NCBI GenBank assembly: GCA_902597545.1
Contig: CACJYD010000005.1
Span: 5,420-69,419, forward strand
DNA length: 64,000 nt
Origin: an uncultured Bacteroidota bacterium
Lineage (GTDB): Bacteria > Bacteroidota > Bacteroidia > Flavobacteriales > Flavobacteriaceae
Direction: 5' to 3'
Shown: positions 53,731-62,556 of the stretch, piece after piece
Position numbering within the stretch: position 1 is the first letter of the stretch
How the letters are laid out: the number at the start of each line of letters is the position of its first letter
Made by a program: the position numbers and the translations under genes
The notes under the pieces: generated by a model
Databases searched by the model: none
Told to the model about the DNA's origin: nothing
The model's input: the letters and a program-made list of their open reading frames with translations, nothing else

Positions 53731-56700
53731 TTAATTTTCAATTATACTCCAATTTCCGGATCGTAAAAGAGGTTCAGCTTGTTTATATTTTAATTCTTTG
53801 ATTTCACCCGATTGAGAGTTTTTAATTTTTATTCTCTCATTTCTTCCAATTTTACGTTTTTCGCGAACAATAGTTTCAACTACATTTTGATTGTTCGAAA
53901 CACTTGATCCTACTTGACGATTCCTATTTGCGAGCTCATCACTGTTAAGAACCTCTTCTTTTGAGGTGTTATATTTTTCTCTTCTTCTAGTTTGTCTATC
54001 TTCTTTGATTTCATTTGGATTACTTGTAGGTAAAGTTCCTTTAAATAAAAATGATAAGATATCAGTGTTCAATTGTAATATCATTGATTCAAATAAATTA
54101 TAAGCTTCATTTTTGTAAATAACTAATGGATCCTTTTGTTCATGTACTGCAAGTTGTACAGCTTGTTTTAGTTCATCCATTTTTCTTAAATGAGTTTTCC
54201 ATGTATCATCAATTATGGCTAGTGATATATTTTTTTCAAAATCATTTATTAATTCCTGACCATTAGATTCGTACGCATCTTTAAGATTAGTTACAATATT
54301 CATGGTTTTTTTACCATCAGAGAAGGGGACAACAATTCTTTCAAATTTATTTTGAGGATTTTCATAAACATTTTTTACAATTGGAAATACTTTGACAGAA
54401 TTCTCTTTGTTTTTTTCTTTGTAAAAATTCAATACAATTTCATAAGTTTTATTAATTACTTTGGCATCATTTTCATTTTCAAATTCAGTTTTAGTAACAG
54501 GTGAAGTTGTAGAAAAACACTTAATAATTTCGAATTCGAAGGCTTTAAAATCGTTATCAAGTTTAGCATTATCATAAATTTTTGCTATCGTGTCATAAAT
54601 CATATCAGCAACATCAATCTTTAATTTATTTACATCTAGTGCATTTTTTCTCCTTTCGTATATAGCTTCACGTTGGACATTCATGACATCATCATATTCA
54701 AGAAGTCTTTTTCTTATACCAAAATTATTTTCTTCTACTTTCTTTTGAGCTCTCTCAATAGTTTTTGTCATCATCGAGTGTTGTATGACCTCACCCTCTT
54801 TGTGACCCATTCTATCCATTAATTTTGAAACTCTTTCAGATCCAAAAAGTCTCATTAGGTTGTCCTCAAGTGAAACATAGAACTGTGAACTTCCTGGGTC
54901 ACCTTGTCTTCCGGACCTTCCCCTTAATTGTCTATCAACTCTTCTTGAATCATGCCTTTCAGTTCCAATTATTGCGAGACCCCCTTTATTTTTAATTTCT
55001 TCATTTATTTTTATGTCAGTACCCCTACCAGCCATGTTTGTAGCAATAGTAACAACTCCAGCTTTCCCAGCCTCTGCAACAACATCAGCTTCTCTTTTAT
55101 GAAGTTTAGCGTTAAGAACATTATGTTTTATATTTTGTCTGTCCAACATTCTTGAAAGTAGCTCTGATATTTCTACTGATGTTGTTCCTATTAATACTGG
55201 TCGTCCTTGTTCAGTTAATTCTATAACATTGTTTATGACAGCATTATACTTTTCTCTTTTTGTTTTATATATTAAATCATTTCTGTCATCTCTAGCAATA
55301 GGCTTATTAGTTGGAATAACCATAACATCTAGCTTGTAAATATTTAAAAATTCACCAGCTTCAGTTACTGCTGTACCTGTCATTCCTGAAAGCTTTCTAT
55401 ATTTTCTAAAATAATTTTGAAGCGTTATGGTAGCAAAAGTTTGTGTTGCATCTTCAATTTTTACATTTTCTTTAGCCTCTATTGCTTGATGAAGACCGTC
55501 AGAGTATCGTCTTCCATCCATAATTCTTCCGGTTTGTTCATCGACAATCTTGACCTTGTTATCCATTACAACATATTCAATATCTTTTTCAAATAGTGTA
55601 TATGCTTTTAATAATTGGTTTAAAGTATGTATCCTTTCACTTTTCTCACTAAAATCAGAATATAATTTTTCTTTTTCCTCAGCTTCTTTTTCAATTTCTA
55701 ATTCTTTTGATTCAATATTTGCTATTTCAATTGAAATATCAGGTAAAACAAAGAAACCTGGATCATTAATATCTTTTGACAATTGTTCTACTCCTTTATC
55801 TGTTAATTCAATTTGATTATTTTTTTCATCAATTGTAAAGTATAAATCAGCATCAACTTTAGGCATTTCTCTATTATTGTCCTGCATGTAAAAATTTTCA
55901 GTTTTTAATAAAGATTGTTTTATACCTTCCTCACTTAAAAATTTTATAAGAGCCTTATTTTTAGGTAATCCTCTAAATGCTTGTAATAATTTGAAGCTTC
56001 CATTTTCGATATTTCCATCACTATATAATTTTTTAGATTCTGATAAGATCTTTGTTACGAGTTGTTTTTGAATTTGTACAAGAGATGAAATTTTTGATTT
56101 TAATTCATTAAACTCATGATTTCCACCTTGAGGAATTGGGCCAGAAATTATTAATGGAGTTCTAGCATCATCTATAAGTACAGAATCTACCTCATCAACA
56201 ATTGCGTATGAATGTTCTCTTTGAACTCTATCTTCATTTTTATGAGCCATGTTATCTCGAAGATAATCGAATCCAAATTCATTATTTGTTCCGTATGTGA
56301 TGTCACACAGATAGGCTTTCTTTCTTTCCTCCGAGTGAGGCTTATAATTATCAATACAATCTACACTTAAACCATGAAACTCAAATATTGGAGCCATCCA
56401 TGCACAATCTCTTTTTGCCAAATAATCATTTACGGTAATTAAATGAACACCATTTCCTGAAAGAGCATTTAAATAGACAGGTAGTGTAGCAACAAGTGTT
56501 TTTCCCTCACCAGTTTGCATTTCTGCTATTTTTCCTTGGTGTAAGGCAATACCACCAATTAATTGAACATCGTAGTGAATCATATCCCACGTAATACTTT
56601 TTCCAGCAGCATCCCATGAGTTTGACCAAATAGCACTACTTCCATTTAATTTTACATATGATTTAATTGATGACAAATTTTCATCAAATGGTGTTGCTTT

Positions 56701-57093
56701 TACACTAATTTCTTTATTGTTCTTAAATCTTTTAGTTGTTTCCTTTACAACAGCAAAAGCCTTTGGTAAAATTGAATTTAAGTAATCATCTAGTTTATCT
56801 AAATATTGGTCTTGAATTTTTTTGATTTGTTTGTAACTAGCATTATTCTCATCAATATTTTCAGATTTCTCAATAATTTTGTTGATATCTTCAATTTCTC
56901 TTGTGAATGGATCTTTTAGTTGTTTAATTTCATCTTTGAATTCTTGAGTAATCGACCTTAGCTGATCATTACTAATTTTAGAGAGTTCTTCTTCAAACTT
57001 AATAACTGAATTAACCATTGGAGTTACCTCTTTGACATCCTTTTTTCCTTTGTCACCAAGAAAAATATTTAATATTGAATCAATTATACTCAT
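53731..57093 (-). CDS. secA: preprotein translocase ATPase SecA
   Basis: 1120 aa. Motifs MQTGEGKT, DEVDSVLIDDARTPLIISG, TNMAGRGTDI and RGRSGRQGDPG. Confidence 0.97.
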   Translation of the reverse strand: MSIIDSILNIFLGDKGKKDVKEVTPMVNSVIKFEEELSKISNDQLRSITQEFKDEIKQLKDPFTREIEDINKIIEKSENIDENNASYKQIKKIQDQYLDKLDDYLNSILPKAFAVVKETTKRFKNNKEISVKATPFDENLSSIKSYVKLNGSSAIWSNSWDAAGKSITWDMIHYDVQLIGGIALHQGKIAEMQTGEGKTLVATLPVYLNALSGNGVHLITVNDYLAKRDCAWMAPIFEFHGLSVDCIDNYKPHSEERKKAYLCDITYGTNNEFGFDYLRDNMAHKNEDRVQREHSYAIVDEVDSVLIDDARTPLIISGPIPQGGNHEFNELKSKISSLVQIQKQLVTKILSESKKLYSDGNIENGSFKLLQAFRGLPKNKALIKFLSEEGIKQSLLKTENFYMQDNNREMPKVDADLYFTIDEKNNQIELTDKGVEQLSKDINDPGFFVLPDISIEIANIESKELEIEKEAEEKEKLYSDFSEKSERIHTLNQLLKAYTLFEKDIEYVVMDNKVKIVDEQTGRIMDGRRYSDGLHQAIEAKENVKIEDATQTFATITLQNYFRKYRKLSGMTGTAVTEAGEFLNIYKLDVMVIPTNKPIARDDRNDLIYKTKREKYNAVINNVIELTEQGRPVLIGTTSVEISELLSRMLDRQNIKHNVLNAKLHKREADVVAEAGKAGVVTIATNMAGRGTDIKINEEIKNKGGLAIIGTERHDSRRVDRQLRGRSGRQGDPGSSQFYVSLEDNLMRLFGSERVSKLMDRMGHKEGEVIQHSMMTKTIERAQKKVEENNFGIRKRLLEYDDVMNVQREAIYERRKNALDVNKLKIDVADMIYDTIAKIYDNAKLDNDFKAFEFEIIKCFSTTSPVTKTEFENENDAKVINKTYEIVLNFYKEKNKENSVKVFPIVKNVYENPQNKFERIVVPFSDGKKTMNIVTNLKDAYESNGQELINDFEKNISLAIIDDTWKTHLRKMDELKQAVQLAVHEQKDPLVIYKNEAYNLFESMILQLNTDILSFLFKGTLPTSNPNEIKEDRQTRRREKYNTSKEEVLNSDELANRNRQVGSSVSNNQNVVETIVREKRKIGRNERIKIKNSQSGEIKELKYKQAEPLLRSGNWSIIEN

Positions 57094-57103
57094 ATATATA
57101 TCT

Positions 57104-57111
57104 CAAATTTA
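57104..57111 (-). promoter_or_regulatory. candidate -7 promoter box (TAAATTTG on the minus strand) for secA
   Basis: Plus-strand CAAATTTA, 10 nt upstream of the secA ATG. This would give a very short leader. Confidence 0.3.
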
Positions 57112-57169
57112 AGCAAAAAAAAAGCCTCAATAGAGACTTGTAAGGGTTTTTGTTGCATTAATAAAAAAG

Positions 57170-57394
57170 TTAATACTCCTCTTCATTCCACAGATAATCC
57201 TCTTCTGTTGGAAAATCAGGCCAAATTTCTTGAATTGAGTCGTAGATTTCACCATCCTCATCCTCAATTGCTTGCAAATTTTCAACAACTTCAAGAGGGG
57301 CACCTGTTCTTATTGAATAATCAATTAATTCATCTTTATTCGCAGGCCATGGCGCATCGCTTAAATAAGAGGCTAGTTCTAGAGTCCAATACAT
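57170..57394 (-). CDS. DUF2795-like small acidic protein
   Basis: 74 aa. YLSDAPWPANKDELIDYSIRTGAPLEVVENLQ fits the DUF2795 pattern. The equal-length antisense ORF (57208-57432) has no recognisable features. Confidence 0.7.
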   Translation of the reverse strand: MYWTLELASYLSDAPWPANKDELIDYSIRTGAPLEVVENLQAIEDEDGEIYDSIQEIWPDFPTEEDYLWNEEEY

Positions 57395-57415
57395 ATTTTA
57401 CTGTCTTTTTTTTTG

Positions 57416-57423
57416 CAAAAATA
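57416..57423 (-). promoter_or_regulatory. candidate -7 promoter box (TATTTTTG on the minus strand)
   Basis: Plus-strand CAAAAATA, 21 nt upstream of the ATG at 57394. Confidence 0.3.
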
Positions 57424-57478
57424 AATGAATAATTGACTTAGGCAAGTTTTTAAAAAAAAAATAATAAACAATTATTAA

Positions 57479-59038
57479 TTATTTGATTTTAACGATGGTA
57501 GCAAGAAAATGTAAACCAATGATAATGAAAAAAAATAATGATATTCTAAAAATGTAATCACCATAATTTACATAAAAAGTTTTTTCTTCAATCAAACCAA
57601 CATTTGTATTTATAAATCCTTCTTCGCCGTATTCAATTGAATCTTCAATTTCACCTCTATAATTTATAATTGCTGACACACCTGTATTTGCTGATCTGAC
57701 AATGTTCCTCCTGTTTTCAATAGCTCTTAATTTTGCATATGATAAGTGTTGTTTATGTCCCTCACTAACATCCCACCACCCATCATTTGTTATAATTGCA
57801 AATAATTTCGAACCAGATCTTGTGTATTCAGTTACATATTCGCCATAAACAGATTCATAACATATTATAGGAGATAAATAAAAATTATTAAAAGATTTAA
57901 AGTTTTTTCTTTCATCATCATAACCTCTAGAATATGTCAATCCACCAAAATCCATTAAAAGGTTTCCTAGGATAGGTTCAATTAACTTTTTATAAGGCAT
58001 TTTTTCGATACCAACAACAAGTTTTGATTTATTGTAAAATTGATTTTCGTCTGATATAAAAACAGAACTATTATATAAGTTTAGCCATCTTCCATCATTT
58101 AAATTATTTGAATAATTTTTTATTTTAATTGAATCCTTAACAATTTCAAAAAGCTCAATTCCAGTCAAAATTTCAGAATTAAATTTATTTTTTAAAAACT
58201 CGAGTTGTTTAATAAATTCATTTCCACTATATCCGTTAATTTGTGTTCCATCAGAAAAAAATGTTTCGGGAAGAATAATGGTTGAGTTTTTAATTGAATT
58301 TTCTTCTAATAAATCATGTACATAATGATAATTATCTTTATCAGTTCTGGTATATTTTTCAGAGTAAGGGTCAATGTTAGGTTGAATTATAAAAACATCA
58401 ATCGGTTCCTCCTCTAAATCCAGATTATATAGTATGATTTTTGAAATAGTAATTGGTACAATTATCATTAATATTACTGATACAATTAATAATCTAGGTT
58501 TTTCATTATATATTGTAGATAAAAAAACTTTATAAATTAAAATATTAGTTAGCAGGACCCATAATGTCCCACCGAATGACCCTGTATACTCATACCATTG
58601 AATCCATTCAGTTTTCTCAGAAAAAACATTTCCAATATTGAGCCACGGCCATGAAAAATCCCACATTAAATGAAATTTTTCAAAACATAACCAAAAACTA
58701 ACTAAAAATATCAAACTGAGTTTTGAGTTAATTTTTTTTGAAACAATAAAAAATAGGCTAAATACTATTGTCATTAATAATGAGTTTACTAAAACAGCAA
58801 ATAATACACCACCTAAAGATGCATAGTATAACCAACTTGTTGCGATTATATTCCATATTAAAAATGTTAAGTAAAAACATAAAAATATTTTAATTGAAAA
58901 TTTGTTATTGTATTTAGCTACATGTAACAGAGGAATGAATGCTATAAAAATAAAAGCAGTTATTCCATATGTTGGCCATGCTAATCCTAACAATAATCCT
59001 GAAATAATACTTAAAAGAATAGATTTTAAAAAATTCAA
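57479..59038 (-). CDS. lnt: apolipoprotein N-acyltransferase
   Basis: 519 aa, TTG start. An N-terminal polytopic membrane domain, then a CN-hydrolase domain with IICYESVYGE. Confidence 0.9.
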   Translation of the reverse strand: MNFLKSILLSIISGLLLGLAWPTYGITAFIFIAFIPLLHVAKYNNKFSIKIFLCFYLTFLIWNIIATSWLYYASLGGVLFAVLVNSLLMTIVFSLFFIVSKKINSKLSLIFLVSFWLCFEKFHLMWDFSWPWLNIGNVFSEKTEWIQWYEYTGSFGGTLWVLLTNILIYKVFLSTIYNEKPRLLIVSVILMIIVPITISKIILYNLDLEEEPIDVFIIQPNIDPYSEKYTRTDKDNYHYVHDLLEENSIKNSTIILPETFFSDGTQINGYSGNEFIKQLEFLKNKFNSEILTGIELFEIVKDSIKIKNYSNNLNDGRWLNLYNSSVFISDENQFYNKSKLVVGIEKMPYKKLIEPILGNLLMDFGGLTYSRGYDDERKNFKSFNNFYLSPIICYESVYGEYVTEYTRSGSKLFAIITNDGWWDVSEGHKQHLSYAKLRAIENRRNIVRSANTGVSAIINYRGEIEDSIEYGEEGFINTNVGLIEEKTFYVNYGDYIFRISLFFFIIIGLHFLATIVKIK

Positions 59039-59050
59039 ATTATTAATAAT

Positions 59051-59058
59051 TAACTTTG
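59051..59058 (+). promoter_or_regulatory. candidate -7 promoter box (TAACTTTG) for pssA
   Basis: Exact TAnnTTTG match 25 nt upstream of the TTG start at 59084. Confidence 0.35.
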
Positions 59059-59083
59059 TAAAAGTATAAACTTAATCTATCAA

Positions 59084-59788
59084 TTGAAACTAATCAAAAT
59101 ACTTCCAAATTTACTAACAATTCTTAACGGATTGTGTGGTTGTCTTGCTATTGTTTTTATTTTCATGGATGTTGATTTTTTAAATCTCAATGGCTATGAA
59201 TTAGCCTTGATTTTAGTTTTGTTAGGCTCCCTTTTTGATTTTTTTGATGGGTATTTAGCAAAAATATTAGATGCAAAAACAAAAATTGGTGTTCAATTAG
59301 ATTCTTTTTCAGATCTTATAACATTTTCAGTAACACCCTCATTGCTTTTATTCCATTTTTTTCAATCTCAGTCTGAGGAAATTGAATTTTTTGCATTAAT
59401 CTCTTTTTTAATTGTTCCATTTTCAATGATTAGATTAGCTAGGTTTAATACTTTGCCGTCTAAGACATATTTTCTAGGTTTGCCTTCACCTGCTAATGGA
59501 ATTTTCTTTATGGGAATTCCCTTTTTAACATTTGAAGTCCCTATTTACTTGTTTAGTATCATCATTTTTTTGTCATGTATTTTGCTAATCTCTAACATAA
59601 AATTTGAGTCTTTTAAATCCATTGAAACAAATATTAAGAAAGTTTTTTTCTTGTTTTTCGTTTTAATAATGGTAGGTGTTATTACTTTTATATATGTTAA
59701 CAACTACAGTTATTTAAATTTAGTGAGTGTCTCAGTCGTAGTTTATGTTATTTCTTCTCTAGCTTTTAATCTTTACAAAGCGTTCTAG
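59084..59788 (+). CDS. pssA: CDP-diacylglycerol--serine O-phosphatidyltransferase
   Basis: 234 aa, TTG start. CDP-alcohol phosphatidyltransferase motif DFFDGYLAKILD...GVQLDSFSDLI. Confidence 0.88.
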   Translation: MKLIKILPNLLTILNGLCGCLAIVFIFMDVDFLNLNGYELALILVLLGSLFDFFDGYLAKILDAKTKIGVQLDSFSDLITFSVTPSLLLFHFFQSQSEEIEFFALISFLIVPFSMIRLARFNTLPSKTYFLGLPSPANGIFFMGIPFLTFEVPIYLFSIIIFLSCILLISNIKFESFKSIETNIKKVFFLFFVLIMVGVITFIYVNNYSYLNLVSVSVVVYVISSLAFNLYKAF

Positions 59789-59978
59789 CTTTTTCATAAT
59801 CGATTGACTTAACAAAAACTTCACATGAAAATAAATAATTAGGTATTCCAAATCCAGCAAGATTTGCTGAATTTTGTTGATCCTTTATTATAAACTGTAT
59901 CCCTAATTTTGAAAGTTCGTGTGTAAGAGCATTTGATTCAACAAATGAACCAGAGAAGAGATGAACGTAATTACTCAT
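59766..59978 (-). CDS. DUF2007-like small protein (putative signal-transducing fold)
   Basis: 70 aa. Its start overlaps the lptB stop by 4 nt (ATGA). Its 3' end overlaps convergent pssA by 23 nt. Confidence 0.6.
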   Translation of the reverse strand: MSNYVHLFSGSFVESNALTHELSKLGIQFIIKDQQNSANLAGFGIPNYLFSCEVFVKSIDYEKARTLCKD

Positions 59979-60709
59979 ATGTTCTTTTTTCTGAAAACAA
60001 AGTTTTTTCCCAAATATAGCTTTCTAACTATTTCATCTTTAGCCAATAACTCAGGCTTTCCACTTTTTAATATTTTCCCTTCAAACATTAAATACGTTCT
60101 ATCAGTAATTGCTAGAGTTTCTTGAACATTATGATCTGTTATTAGAACACCAATGTTTTTAGTTTTAAGATGAGCGATTATTTTCTGAATTTCTTCAACT
60201 GCTATTGGATCAACACCAGCAAAAGGCTCATCAAGTAATAAAAACTTAGGATCGGTAGCTAATGCTCTTGCAATTTCAGTCCTTCTTCTTTCACCACCAG
60301 AAAGTAAATCGCCTCTGTTCTTTCTGACCTTATTCAAGCTAAATTCTTCAATAAGACTTTCTAGTTTTGATTTTTGTTCTTTTTCACTTAAATCTCCAAG
60401 CTCTAAAACTGCCTTTATATTATCTTCAACGCTAAGTTTCCTGAAAACCGAAGCTTCCTGTGCTAAATATCCAATTCCGTTAATAGCTCTTTTATACATT
60501 GGTTCTTTTGAAACTTCAATTTTATCAATCATTATTTTTCCTGAATCAGACTTTATTAGACCGACAATCATGTAAAAACATGTTGTTTTTCCTGCTCCAT
60601 TAGGTCCCAATAAACCTACAATCTCACCCTGACTTAATTCAAGATCAACACCATCAACAACTTTTCTTGATTGGTATGATTTTTCTATTTTGATTGCTTG
60701 AAGTTTCAT
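59975..60709 (-). CDS. lptB: LPS export ABC transporter ATP-binding protein LptB
   Basis: Walker A GPNGAGKTT, signature LSGGERRRTEIARAL, Walker B LLLDEPFAGVD, and a C-terminal VRKLYLGKNF. Confidence 0.93.
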   Translation of the reverse strand: MKLQAIKIEKSYQSRKVVDGVDLELSQGEIVGLLGPNGAGKTTCFYMIVGLIKSDSGKIMIDKIEVSKEPMYKRAINGIGYLAQEASVFRKLSVEDNIKAVLELGDLSEKEQKSKLESLIEEFSLNKVRKNRGDLLSGGERRRTEIARALATDPKFLLLDEPFAGVDPIAVEEIQKIIAHLKTKNIGVLITDHNVQETLAITDRTYLMFEGKILKSGKPELLAKDEIVRKLYLGKNFVFRKKNI

Positions 60710-61515
60710 TTATTATTCTTTGTTACGATTCTGGATATATATATACTTATTTGGTATAAAATAACAATTGGTATAGCAACAATTATTTGACTAGCTACAT
60801 CAGGAGGAGTTATAACTGCTGCTAAAATCAAGACACCAACTAAAGCAAATTTTCTATACTTAATTAAAATTTCTGGATTAACCAATCCAACTTTCGTAAG
60901 AAAATAAATAATTATTGGCAGTTCAAAAATTAATCCTGAAGCCAATACTGAAGCACGAACTAATCCAATATAACTATTCAAATCAAAATCATTAAAAACT
61001 TCATTGCTAACAGAATAATTTCCCAAAAAATTTATCGATAGTGGACAGACTACGTAATATCCAAAAACAACCCCAATAAAAAATAAAAGACTAGAAACAA
61101 AAATAAATCCTCGAGCATATTTTTTTTCATTTTGATATAGTCCAGGGCTTATGAAACTCCAAAACTGATATAAGACGTAAGGAAAAGCAATTACGAATCC
61201 AGCAGCTATTGAGGTCCATATATGCGCTGAAAATTGACCTGAGACAGTTCTGCTTTGAACACGAAAAGGTAATTCAGTTATGCAAAAACTATCATCGAGA
61301 CCAATGAAATTGGATATTGTACATAAGATCTTATAGGTTGGAAAATTAATATCCTTTGGACCAAAAATTATTTTATCAAAAATGAAGTCCTTAAATATGA
61401 ATGCTCCAATTCCTACTATAAAAATTGCAATAAAAGACCTTAATATATGCCATCTAAGATCCTCAAGATGATCCAAAAATGACATTTCATTTGGGTCTAA
61501 TCTCATTTTACTCAT
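60706..61515 (-). CDS. tatC: twin-arginine translocase subunit TatC
   Basis: 269 aa, 6 TM helices. N-terminal MSFLDHLEDLRWHILRS. Confidence 0.92.
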   Translation of the reverse strand: MSKMRLDPNEMSFLDHLEDLRWHILRSFIAIFIVGIGAFIFKDFIFDKIIFGPKDINFPTYKILCTISNFIGLDDSFCITELPFRVQSRTVSGQFSAHIWTSIAAGFVIAFPYVLYQFWSFISPGLYQNEKKYARGFIFVSSLLFFIGVVFGYYVVCPLSINFLGNYSVSNEVFNDFDLNSYIGLVRASVLASGLIFELPIIIYFLTKVGLVNPEILIKYRKFALVGVLILAAVITPPDVASQIIVAIPIVILYQISIYISRIVTKNNK

Positions 61516-62471
61516 AACCCTGCATTTATTAAATCATGTATATGTAACATCCCAATGTAAATGTTGTCCTTAGTCACAATTAAATTTGTAATCTTATTCT
61601 TATTCATTATTTGTAAAGCATCAATAGCCAAAAGTGAATGCTTAACAGTTTTTGGATTTCTAGAAATTATATTTGAAACAGTTATATTTAGTGGGTCAGT
61701 ATTTTTTTCTAATATCCTTCTCACATCACCATCTGTAATTATTCCAACAACTTTATTGTTTTCAAGCACGGCAGTTGCACCCAGCATTTTATTTGAAATT
61801 TCATTGATTGCATCACTGAATTTAGATTGTAAATCAATAAATGGTGCATGTTGAGTATCTATTAGGTCTTCAACAGTAGTTGTTAATTTTTTTCCTAATG
61901 AACCAGATGGGTGAAGTTTGGCAAATGATATTTTATCAAAGTTTTTTAAACTCATAAGGCAAATTGCAATAATATCACCTACTAATAACTGAATCCCTGT
62001 ACTAGTGGTTGGCGCCAAATTATTTGGACAAGCTTCAACATGTATAGGTGTATGGATGATATGCCTTGAATTTTTTGCTAGATATGAATCTTTATTAGCG
62101 GTGATGCTAACAATGTCGACACCATTCTTCTTAAGGCTGTTAACTAGATCTACAGTATCAGAATTGCTTCCGCTTTTAGAAATATAAATCAATACATCAT
62201 CTTTGGTGATAGCTCCTAAATCTCCGTGTAAAGCATCGGAACCATGCATAAAAATTGATGGAGTTCCAGTTGAATTTAAAGTAGAGGATATTTTCATCCC
62301 AATTATTGCACTTTTTCCAATTCCAGAAACTACTATTCTTCCATTAATTTTTGATAAAAATTTAATAATCTCATCAAAATTGTTATCGAAAGTCTCTTTT
62401 AGTTTTTCAATTGCATCTAGCTGAATATCAACCACTTGATTAACAATTTGATTTATATTTTTATTGTTCAA
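61512..62471 (-). CDS. kdsD: KpsF/GutQ-family arabinose-5-phosphate isomerase (SIS + tandem CBS)
   Basis: 319 aa, TTG start. SIS motif VVSGIGKSAIIGMKISSTLNSTGTPS, followed by two CBS modules. Confidence 0.9.
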   Translation of the reverse strand: MNNKNINQIVNQVVDIQLDAIEKLKETFDNNFDEIIKFLSKINGRIVVSGIGKSAIIGMKISSTLNSTGTPSIFMHGSDALHGDLGAITKDDVLIYISKSGSNSDTVDLVNSLKKNGVDIVSITANKDSYLAKNSRHIIHTPIHVEACPNNLAPTTSTGIQLLVGDIIAICLMSLKNFDKISFAKLHPSGSLGKKLTTTVEDLIDTQHAPFIDLQSKFSDAINEISNKMLGATAVLENNKVVGIITDGDVRRILEKNTDPLNITVSNIISRNPKTVKHSLLAIDALQIMNKNKITNLIVTKDNIYIGMLHIHDLINAGL

Positions 62472-62556
62472 AACTTATTTAGTTTAATTAAGAATGGATT
62501 TAAAATTAAGTTATATTTAATAATAACAACAAATATACCTTAATTCCTTTTAAGGA

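Noticed and set aside
57208-57432. 74-aa plus-strand ORF mirroring the DUF2795-like gene.
   Set aside because: The minus-strand translation matches the DUF2795 pattern and has an upstream TAnnTTTG box. The plus-strand product is His/Gln/Leu-rich with no features.
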